IMG/VR virus record: IMGVR_UViG_3300030399_000045
Location: 1 to 39,408 of that record
Length of the DNA stretch: 39,408 bases
Origin: a virus
Direction: 5' to 3' (one strand)
Shown here piece after piece: positions 25,094 through 31,953 of the stretch. A program made the translations under genes and the position numbers. Numbering within the stretch: position 1 is the stretch's first letter; each line of letters begins with the position of its first letter. Below the pieces are notes generated by a model. It ran no database searches. It was not told the DNA's origin and saw only the letters and a list, made by a program, of their open reading frames with translations.

Positions 25094-25601
25094 ACCCATT
25101 CGAAATTATTTTATTGTGAATATCATTAATCTCTACTGCAAGTGCTTTATTTCTTTTAGCACTATGACTTATTTCTTTATAGATCTGGTTAATCTGCGCA
25201 TCGCTTAGATCATCTTCTTCAGCAGCCTCTAACTTTGCCCGGTTATTCTCAAACGCGTGAATACTTTGAACGACTGTTGCATTTTCTAACATGAGTCCGC
25301 ATTCGTATTGCTTCCACATCTCTCTCGCAGGTATCATCCAAATCACTTTTACTTTATCTGTTCCAGGATAACCTTTAAATAGCATGGAATTGGTCTGTGC
25401 TTTGGGCTTAGTAAGTCTGGGTTGCCAGATAATGCGCTTTGTTACGCCATCCTCATCTGTTCGAGTATGAGCGAATATATAAAATGCATGATCGCCGAAG
25501 GGTCTTTGATTAATGAGATTCTGACAACATTCGCTGATTGAGAAGGATTGTCCTGTAAAGTGCTTTAGGCGGTCATGTGCATCAAGTTTGTTTATTTTCA
25601 T
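25065..25601 (-). CDS. Hypothetical protein
   Basis: 178-aa ORF on the minus strand inside the structural block. Confidence 0.6.
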   Translation of the reverse strand: MKINKLDAHDRLKHFTGQSFSISECCQNLINQRPFGDHAFYIFAHTRTDEDGVTKRIIWQPRLTKPKAQTNSMLFKGYPGTDKVKVIWMIPAREMWKQYECGLMLENATVVQSIHAFENNRAKLEAAEEDDLSDAQINQIYKEISHSAKRNKALAVEINDIHNKIISNGFKQESEAVS

Positions 25602-25800
25602 TCTTTAAAATCTCATAAATTTGATCTAGATATCCTTTTGCCTGACCCATATGCTCAAACTCGCCGATTAACAAAAATCCAGCATTTTTTGATACACCAA
25701 ATCTAGCGAATACAGTCACATTTCTGGTTGATTCCATCCAAAAACATATGCAAGAATGCAAGTCAACCAGATTATTATTCTGTGTCTTAAACCATAGCAT
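25582..25800 (-). CDS. Hypothetical protein
   Basis: 72-aa ORF. Confidence 0.5.
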   Translation of the reverse strand: MLWFKTQNNNLVDLHSCICFWMESTRNVTVFARFGVSKNAGFLLIGEFEHMGQAKGYLDQIYEILKNENKQT

Positions 25801-25891
25801 TTTAAATACTTACCTTTACATTTATCCTAAAATTCTTTTTAATACAAATAAATCCAACCGCCCCTCGGCGTTATTGAGGAAAGGATAAGAT

Positions 25892-26542
25892 ATGACAGAA
25901 ACAGTAGTACAAAGTCAAGTTGAACAAAAGCCACAAGACAAAGAAATGAATTTTCGTGCCCTGGAAAATAAATACCAGCGCGCACTGGAACAGGAAAGAG
26001 CTGCAAGAATGGATGCAGAAAGACAATTGCAGGAAAGCAGACGAGCACCTCAACAAGACGAAGATGAAGATACCAGCGAACCTTACGTAGATCATAAGAA
26101 ATTAAATAAAAGGCTGAATCAGTTCGGAGAGCAATCCAAACAGCAGACTCAACAAGAAATCCAGAAAGCTGTCAATCATGCCATAGCGAATGAACGGAAA
26201 GAAACATGGCTTAAACAAAACTCTGATTTTTACGATGTTCTTCAGCATGCCGAGAAATTCGCACAGAAAGACCCTGAATTAGCTGAAACTATCCTACAAA
26301 TGCCAGAAGGCTTTGAAAGGCAGAAATTAGTCTACAAGACGATTAAATCAATGGGATTGCACCAGCCAGAACAAAAGCAAGCATCCATTCAAGAAAAAGT
26401 GGATGCAAACAGACGCAGTCCCTATTATCAACCCACTGGTGTGGGAAGTGCGCCCTATGGAAATACTGGTGACTTCAGCCCCGCAGGTCAGAAAAATGCT
26501 TATGCTAAAATGCAAGATCTTAAAAATAGGTTAAGAATATGA
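25892..26542 (+). CDS. Scaffolding protein candidate
   Basis: 216 aa, rich in Q, E, K and R and helical. It lies between portal and capsid, with RBS GAGGAAAGGA. Confidence 0.5.
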   Translation: MTETVVQSQVEQKPQDKEMNFRALENKYQRALEQERAARMDAERQLQESRRAPQQDEDEDTSEPYVDHKKLNKRLNQFGEQSKQQTQQEIQKAVNHAIANERKETWLKQNSDFYDVLQHAEKFAQKDPELAETILQMPEGFERQKLVYKTIKSMGLHQPEQKQASIQEKVDANRRSPYYQPTGVGSAPYGNTGDFSPAGQKNAYAKMQDLKNRLRI

Positions 26543-26694
26543 AAAAAGATATGAAACAGAAAAAAATCAAAAAAGTTATGGGCGAATTTGGAGAAGGTAA
26601 ATTGCATTCTGGATCTAAAAAAGGTCCAGTTGTGAAAGATAAAGCGCAAGCTCTAGCTATAGGATATAGCGAAGCGAAGAAAGGTAAAAAATAG
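26539..26694 (+). CDS. Small basic protein (KVM.EF.EGKL.SGS...QALAIGYSEAKK; I believe DUF6496-like)
   Basis: Not in the ORF track. 51 aa with an ATGA overlap. Confidence 0.45.
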   Translation: MKKDMKQKKIKKVMGEFGEGKLHSGSKKGPVVKDKAQALAIGYSEAKKGKK

Positions 26695-26712
26695 AAAGTG
26701 CATAGGAAAATT

Positions 26713-26868
26713 ATGAAAAATAATCCCATACAGGGAATCGCAATTGCTATTGGATTATCAGACTATTTAGCTGTTCCCATGAGGCAGGCTGAGGATTTGA
26801 TTTTAAGAGATTACATCTTCAGCACTGCATCCGAAGCAGGAATGAGCAAAAAAAAGAAGAAGATATGA
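26713..26868 (+). CDS. Mini-ORF carrying an uninterrupted, diverged copy of a capsid-gene segment
   Basis: SDYLAVPMRQAEDLILRDYIFSTA here compares with capsid exon 3/4 SDRLAVAMRQAED|LILRDYIVSAA. Confidence 0.5.
   Translation: MKNNPIQGIAIAIGLSDYLAVPMRQAEDLILRDYIFSTASEAGMSKKKKKI
26833..26862. repeat. 30-bp direct repeat, copy 1
   Basis: GAAGCAGGAATGAGCAAAAAAAAGAAGAAG compared with 26990-27019; the first 29 of 30 nt contain a single mismatch. Confidence 0.85.
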
Positions 26869-27002
26869 AAATAGAAGACATAAGAGATATACAAATCAAA
26901 ATTCGTGAAATGTATCCGCCTTCAGAATTATCACCTGAAATTTTGCAACAGATTATTTTTATATTGTTGGAATATCAAAACAAGTATCAGAAGCAAGAAT
27001 GA
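26865..27002 (+). CDS. Hypothetical 45-aa protein flanked by the 30-bp repeats
   Basis: Not in the ORF track. It has an ATGA overlap. Confidence 0.35.
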   Translation: MKIEDIRDIQIKIREMYPPSELSPEILQQIIFILLEYQNKYQKQE

Positions 27003-27019
27003 GCAAAAAAAAGAAGAAA
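26990..27019. repeat. 30-bp direct repeat, copy 2
   Basis: GAAGCAAGAATGAGCAAAAAAAAGAAGAAA. Confidence 0.85.
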
Positions 27020-27022
27020 TAA

Positions 27023-27268
27023 ATGAAATGTGCAAAATGTAACAGCGAACCAAACGGCAAATCCTTCACTGAAGGAGGGATTTGTTATGTATATTGCCAG
27101 CTATGTACCGATATTTTGGAATCTTATCGGCAAATCACTCATCAAAGTTTTCTTACTCCTGATCAGAGATTGAGTCAGATAGAAAGGAATATACGAGAAG
27201 CAAAAAAGAATCGCGCACTAGGAAAAAGTCTATGGCAGAATAGAATAGATGAATTACAAAGTAGCTAA
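27023..27268 (+). CDS. Zinc-ribbon protein
   Basis: 81 aa with CAKC...CQLC. Confidence 0.45.
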   Translation: MKCAKCNSEPNGKSFTEGGICYVYCQLCTDILESYRQITHQSFLTPDQRLSQIERNIREAKKNRALGKSLWQNRIDELQSS

Positions 27269-27488
27269 AATAATGGAAGCTATTTGCTCAGAATGTAAAA
27301 AAATCTATGAAGAAAGAAAAGAAGAAATTTTTTGTTTGATAGGTGAAGTAGATATGATTTGTTATGAATGTGCAAAAAAATCTAATAATATAGAAAATGA
27401 TATTATGTATCTGTATTGTGGAACATGTGAAAAATACTTTCATATTTTTTATGATAAAGATCACATAGAACGATGCGTTAAGGAATAA
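27249..27488 (+). CDS. Cys-rich protein
   Basis: 79 aa with CSEC..CYEC..CGTC. The start is uncertain; 27273 is an alternative. Confidence 0.45.
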   Translation: MNYKVAKIMEAICSECKKIYEERKEEIFCLIGEVDMICYECAKKSNNIENDIMYLYCGTCEKYFHIFYDKDHIERCVKE

Positions 27489-27489
27489 A

Positions 27490-27517
27490 TTGACTAAAAT
27501 TAACTTTATGCTATATT
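27490..27517 (+). promoter_or_regulatory. Promoter TTGACT-N16-TATATT upstream of the capsid gene
   Basis: The hexamers and spacing were read directly. About 150 nt of structured leader follows. Confidence 0.6.
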
Positions 27518-27675
27518 GAAATTTCGCGTGCAGCGTTAAGCATATCGCGTAAGAAGCATCGCACCCTTCACAAGCGTTAGAGGTCTCGCATCCTCAAAGA
27601 TATGATCGAGAACTGACGTAATCAGGCTCGTCTACCGATCATCATATCACACGAATCTCTCAACCCAAGGTTGAC

Positions 27676-30259
27676 ATGATTACGACAACCGGGTCACTTG
27701 GTCCGATGATATTGCAGTCGCTCGCGCCTGCTATGTTATACGTTCCAACCCCCATGATGAACTATATCACAGTCTGCGACAAGGTCAGTATGCCAGCTAA
27801 TGGCGGCACGACTTGCAGATTTATGAGGCCAAGAGCCTTACAGCCCCCAACGATTCAGTTGGGTAATTCTGGGATCGATAAACGGTGTGTCGATTTAAAA
27901 CCTTTTCTGATTGACTCGGAAGCCCCTCATACGGGTAACGAGGCGCAAGCTGAGCAATATGCTCTTGCAGCGTGAACGACTGAGCGAAAGGGACGCGAAA
28001 GCGTATGCAACAGTCTGATCTTGGACTATATATAAAATCCAAGAGGGAGATTCGAAGAAGTTTCCCCGCCTTGAGCTGCAAGGGGTCAAAAAAGTAACAG
28101 GGTGCCACCGGCACAAGTACCGCAAAGAGATATAATCGATTGGCGCAAATGGCGTTTTTTGGAACTGGGTGTATAATTAACGAACAAGTTATACTTCAAG
28201 ACCAAGAGGGTATTTTACTTGCAGCATAATGTTGGCGGGTCTATAATATAACCAAACCAAGAGGTTATATGAAAGATCCGGAAGAAAAGGAAATTATGGC
28301 TTATATTGCAGGACTCATCGATGGTGATGGTCATATAGGAATAAGAATTGGACCAAGAGGAAAATTATCACCTTTGATCCAGTTTCACAACTCTGTAAAA
28401 CAGGTTTCTGTTTATTTGAATAATTTATTCGGAGGAACAGTTGCCTATGACAAGCCAAAAAAAGAAAATGACCGTACTATATGGAAGTGGATGCTTCAAG
28501 GTTATGATGGATGCCAAAACTTTTTAAATAAAGTTAAAGAATTTTTAATTTTGAAGAAAGATTCTGCCAATCTCATGATAGAATTCTTATCCAATCCCCA
28601 TGATACTAAAGATTATTATCAAATATCAAAAGATTTAAATTTAAATAGAAAAATTGGATCTTACAATATTGATAATATTAATAGAAAAACTAGTGAGTGC
28701 CCCTATTTCTGGGCTTATTTAGCTGGTATTATGGACACAGACGGATCTTTTTCAATTGAAAGACAAGTGCGTAAAGCCGGTCAAGATAGAATGAAAAATG
28801 ATTTGGTTAAATTTCGACCAAAGATAATCTTGACTATGGTTAGCGAGAGGTCTATTCAATATATCCTTTCCAATTGTGAATATGGAGGATTATCGATCGT
28901 GAAAGCTAAAACAGCTTTAAGAGGATCGGCTTTTAGATTCTCTATTCAATCAAGATCAGATTCCATTGAATTTTTGAAAAGATGTATTCCTTTTCTTCAA
29001 ATAAAAGCAGTTCAAGCGGTAAAAATTTTGAATTTCTGTAGAAATTATAATCCCACAAATGGATTAGCAAGAATTCCAGAATCTGAAAAAGAATATCGCG
29101 AGAAATGTTATAAAGAAATAGTAATGCTGAACAACACGCCCTCTTAGCTATGACGTAATTGGTGTTAGCTTGGGTCAGTGATAGACTGGCTGTGGCGATG
29201 CGTCAAGCCGAGGATAGAGATTATGTCCTCGATAAACCTACTCTGATTGACTTGGAAGCCTAAGGGAAACTATGGCGACAGGGCGGAAGGCGTAAGCCGC
29301 CGTGAGAGACTGAGTGAGTGGGACCGAAAGGTATGCGACAGTCCGAACCAGGCAACGAAAGGCTTGGAGATAGGCAGAAATGACCTATCCACGTCAACAG
29401 ACGGGGTAACAGGTTGTTAATCCTTCGTGACTACATCGTCAGCGCAGCAACAGATATCAACTGCGGTGGTGGTATAAATGGTGACAACCCAACGAATCTT
29501 GCATTGTCAGATTGCAGTTTGGTTGCTACCACTTTGGACACAAATAACGCTTACAAGTTCATGACCGGTATTGAAGGCATGGATCGTTTTGGCACAGGCC
29601 CAATACGTAATTGTTATTTTATGCTATCGTCAACTGAATTACAGAGTGATTTTGATAACTTGGTTGGTCAAGGAGTGCTCAACAACTGGAATTATCCTAC
29701 TAATACCAGTGCGTTGCCCAGCGAATGGGGCTCCGTATTCAATTTAAGAATACTAACCAGCTCTGAAGCACCTGTAGCTAGACAAGCCAGTCCTATGAAT
29801 CAGGATATTTATTATAATACTGTTCTTGGCAAGCAAGCGATCACGCATATAAATCAGGATGGGTTAATGATGGCCCATGTAAAATCTTTGGTAATTGACT
29901 TGGAACTCCTCGCAGCATAGTCTGACGGACAACAAGGGGCAAGTGATAGAAAAAATGATAGTTTTTTTTTCCGAACGGCCTGAACGACTAAACCCAGAGA
30001 CGCCGAAAGGCGATACGATAGTCTGAACTCTATGGAAACATAGAGAGAGCGATCCGAAGAGGTTGCTCCGCCTGGCAACAGGTCACAAAAGTAACAGAAT
30101 GATTCCATGAACCTGATTTATCGTGATCCATATTATTCTGGCATGTTGGCACAGAATGCCACTCTAGCGGTGAAGTTTGCGCAAGCGCAAGCATTAACGC
30201 AGGATACAGCGATCCGAAACCTACTCTGCACGCGTTTATCTAACGCTGTAGGACCATAA
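27676..30259 (+). CDS. Major capsid protein (HK97-fold type), mosaic gene
   Basis: Proposed exons are 27676..27879, 28101..~28217, ~29162..29215, 29417..29864 and 30102..30259. The conceptual product is 326 aa. It shows the capsid-like pattern ...GGTTCRFMRPRAL...LGNSG...AQMAFFG...NEQVILQDQ...SDRLAVAMRQAEDLILRDYI...DPYYSG...LAVKF... Confidence 0.75.
27880..28100 (+). mobile_element. Group I-type intron A (ORF-less, about 221 nt)
   Basis: P1 pairs exon AUCGAU (27874-79) with GUCGAU (27889-94), with U.G at the splice site. P7 is GACUG (27978-82) with CAGUC (28011-15). P8 is ACGC-GAAA-GCGU. The 3' end is GUAACAGGGUG. The frame requires the 3' splice site after G28100, uncertain by about 4 nt. 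Confidence 0.7.
28219..28247 (+). promoter_or_regulatory. Promoter TTGCAG-N17-TATAAT inside the capsid gene, upstream of the endonuclease ORF
   Basis: The hexamers and 17-nt spacer were read directly. Confidence 0.5.
28246..28270 (+). promoter_or_regulatory. Hairpin occluding the endonuclease SD and start codon
   Basis: ATATAACC (28246-53) pairs with GGTTATAT (28263-70), with a 9-nt loop. The 5' arm overlaps the -10 element, so it would be absent from transcripts initiated at the internal promoter. Confidence 0.5.
28269..29147 (+). CDS. LAGLIDADG homing endonuclease (double-motif)
   Basis: 292 aa with two motifs, YIAGLIDGDGHIG and YLAGIMDTDGSFS. RBS is AAGAGG. Confidence 0.9.
   Translation: MKDPEEKEIMAYIAGLIDGDGHIGIRIGPRGKLSPLIQFHNSVKQVSVYLNNLFGGTVAYDKPKKENDRTIWKWMLQGYDGCQNFLNKVKEFLILKKDSANLMIEFLSNPHDTKDYYQISKDLNLNRKIGSYNIDNINRKTSECPYFWAYLAGIMDTDGSFSIERQVRKAGQDRMKNDLVKFRPKIILTMVSERSIQYILSNCEYGGLSIVKAKTALRGSAFRFSIQSRSDSIEFLKRCIPFLQIKAVQAVKILNFCRNYNPTNGLARIPESEKEYREKCYKEIVMLNNTPS
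29216..29416 (+). mobile_element. Group I-type intron B (ORF-less, 201 nt)
   Basis: P1 pairs exon GAGGAU (29210-15) with GUCCUC (29225-30). P7 is GACUG (29308-12) with CAGUC (29339-43). P8 is ACC-GAAA-GGU. The 3' end is GUAACAGGUUG. Ligation gives QAED|LILRDY, identical to the uninterrupted copy at 26713. Confidence 0.75.
29865..30101 (+). mobile_element. Group I-type intron C (ORF-less, 237 nt)
   Basis: P1 pairs exon AUGGGU (29859-64) with GCCCAU (29873-78). P7 is GACUA (29986-90) with UAGUC (30019-23), which covaries relative to A and B. P8 is CGCC-GAAA-GGCG. The 3' end is GUAACAGAAUG. Ligation is in frame (..NQDG-Y-SMNLIY..). Confidence 0.75.
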
Positions 30260-30269
30260 GGAGGTTATC

Positions 30270-31442
30270 GTGGCTGAATATTCAAGACTGGCAAGTGGAC
30301 AGGTGGTATCAACAGGCGGTCAGACTGCGGTTGTATTACCATTTATCCCTAATTTCATTGAGATTTATAACCAGACAAGAGCTATTGCAGCTTCAGGGGT
30401 TACAAATGCATCATGGATGACTGATATGGGTCAGGGAAGTGCTTTCCGTAGTTTGTATGGTACAGGAAATCAATTCATTGGTCCAACATCAGCTCTAACA
30501 ACAAGTGGATTAACTGCAGGTACTGGTTTTACAACCATTCAAGCAGGATTGTCCCTTCAATATGGACCATCTTATTATCATGCGGTTGTTTCAACAGCTG
30601 ATTTTTCGATTGCTCAATCTGGTGCTGGTGGTACTGGTCCTGCAACTACTATTACTACGGTAACAGCGCATGGACTAACTAATGGTAATTGGATTATTTT
30701 CCAGAATCTGGCACAAACCGCTACAACGGGTATGAATCAGATTGCAGGTATTCCTTTTATGGTAAGTGGAGTCACAGCGACCACATTTACCATTACCTGG
30801 GATACTTCTGGATCTAATTACACAGCGTTTAATACAGCAACATCTACAGGTAATATCGGATCGTTTAAAAAGATCCTATATCCTGTCTTGTATGCACCTG
30901 GAGTATCGTTTATTTCCTTACTGACTCTTGCAAATGTGACAACTGTAACAACTACAGCACCTCACAATTTCCAGGTAGGTCAGGAAATAGCCTTCAGAAT
31001 ACCTCAACCGTGGGGACCTACTCAGTTGAATCCGTTACCAAACGTAGTCATTCCGGGTAGTCCGATGTATGGATATGTGATTTCTGTAACAAATAGCACA
31101 ACCTTTGTGTGTAACATTAACTCTACGGGTTTCACCGCGTTTAATGTTAACCAACCGTTTGCTAACGTTCCAGGGTTACAGTTCCCTCAAGTGGTTGCTG
31201 TAGGTGATGTGAATACGGGCGGATTGCCAATTTCGGCTGGTTCTCAATTGTATCCATCTCCACAGGTGTTTAATGGATTTACTGCTAGTACTTCAACTGG
31301 TGTGAATACTATTAATGGTCCTGCTATTCAGGGGGCTTATATTAATGCAACATTCCAAGGATTTATAATCGGAAGCGGTATCTCTGGTACTGTTGGAGAT
31401 GTAATTTATTGGCGTTCGTATTTACACGATTTGAATACATAA
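30270..31442 (+). CDS. Abundant structural protein candidate (decoration/fibre-like, beta-rich)
   Basis: GTG start 6 nt after AAGGAGG, 390 aa. It contains two copies of a T-x-T-T-x-x-H-x-(F/L)-x-x-G module. It is co-transcribed with the capsid gene and followed by a strong terminator. Confidence 0.55.
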   Translation: MAEYSRLASGQVVSTGGQTAVVLPFIPNFIEIYNQTRAIAASGVTNASWMTDMGQGSAFRSLYGTGNQFIGPTSALTTSGLTAGTGFTTIQAGLSLQYGPSYYHAVVSTADFSIAQSGAGGTGPATTITTVTAHGLTNGNWIIFQNLAQTATTGMNQIAGIPFMVSGVTATTFTITWDTSGSNYTAFNTATSTGNIGSFKKILYPVLYAPGVSFISLLTLANVTTVTTTAPHNFQVGQEIAFRIPQPWGPTQLNPLPNVVIPGSPMYGYVISVTNSTTFVCNINSTGFTAFNVNQPFANVPGLQFPQVVAVGDVNTGGLPISAGSQLYPSPQVFNGFTASTSTGVNTINGPAIQGAYINATFQGFIIGSGISGTVGDVIYWRSYLHDLNT

Positions 31443-31487
31443 ATAAATTACGTCAGTTTGACGTGAATTATTAGTAGGATGATAAAT

Positions 31488-31513
31488 GGAGGGGATAATA
31501 TCCCCTCCCTTTT
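31488..31513 (+). terminator. Intrinsic terminator
   Basis: GGAGGGGAT-aat-ATCCCCTCC (9 bp) followed by CTTTT. Confidence 0.75.
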
Positions 31514-31527
31514 ACAAAGGAAACAAA

Positions 31528-31953
31528 ATGAGTTCTCCGCCATTAATCTTTGGCCCAGTGCCACCATATAGTAACCCACCAATCCAACCTCAATTCTACG
31601 CACCCAGTAAATTCTTCATATCGAATATCACATTAGGAGTAACAACTATTGTGACGACAACAGCAAATATGAATTATGTAGTAGGACAGCAAGTAAGATT
31701 GACTATTCCAAACGGATTTGGCTGTATCCAGTTAAATGAAATGCCAGCTTATGTGATTTCTTTACCTGCACTTAATCAAGTTGAACTTGATCTCTTTACT
31801 GCCGGACAGGATGGGTTCATTGCTTCATCCGCAACGACTCAACCCCAGATTACAGCTATTGGCGATATTAATCCTGGGGCTATCAATTCGCAGGGTCGAG
31901 TAAATAACTCAACTTTCATTCCAGGAAGTTTTATAGATATTTCTCCACTTTGA
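31528..31953 (+). CDS. Structural protein with the same beta-module
   Basis: I prefer the start MSSPPLIFG at 31528, because the track ATG at 31486 lies inside the terminator hairpin. The module is VTTIVTTTANMNYVVGQQVRLTIP. Confidence 0.55.
   Translation: MSSPPLIFGPVPPYSNPPIQPQFYAPSKFFISNITLGVTTIVTTTANMNYVVGQQVRLTIPNGFGCIQLNEMPAYVISLPALNQVELDLFTAGQDGFIASSATTQPQITAIGDINPGAINSQGRVNNSTFIPGSFIDISPL

Larger units (their letters stand above)
28218..29161 (+). mobile_element. Homing-endonuclease cassette interrupting capsid coding sequence, with no ribozyme core detected
   Basis: About 940 bp between the capsid segments ...QDQEGIL and VLAWVSDRL... Only about 50 nt lie upstream and about 14 nt downstream of the endonuclease ORF. 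Boundaries are uncertain by a few nt. Confidence 0.6.

Noticed and set aside
27880-27975. ORF-track tails 27880..27975 and 29865..29920 (...KRCVDLKPFLIDSEAPH..., ...LMMAHVKSLVIDLELLAA) as real capsid sequence.
   Set aside because: They are read-through into introns A and C. The similar LID(S/L)E peptides simply reflect the conserved intron element UUGACUYGGAA.
28172-28193. A fourth P1-like pairing, UAUAAU (28172-77) with GUUAUA (28188-93), that would make the endonuclease cassette a canonical intron starting at 28178.
   Set aside because: The pairing is AU-only and is expected by chance in AT-rich sequence. It would remove the capsid-like segment NEQVILQDQEGIL. No in-frame 3' splice site ending in G exists near 29157-29164, and no core follows.
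28227-29147. The LAGLIDADG ORF as an intein within the capsid protein. It lies in the same frame as exon 2, and a Cys codon follows the TAA.
   Set aside because: A TAA separates the two frames. The ORF has its own RBS and ATG and begins about 12 aa before the first LAGLIDADG motif, so there is no N-terminal splicing domain. The C-terminus lacks an His-Asn plus Cys/Ser/Thr junction. The downstream capsid segment is in a different frame.
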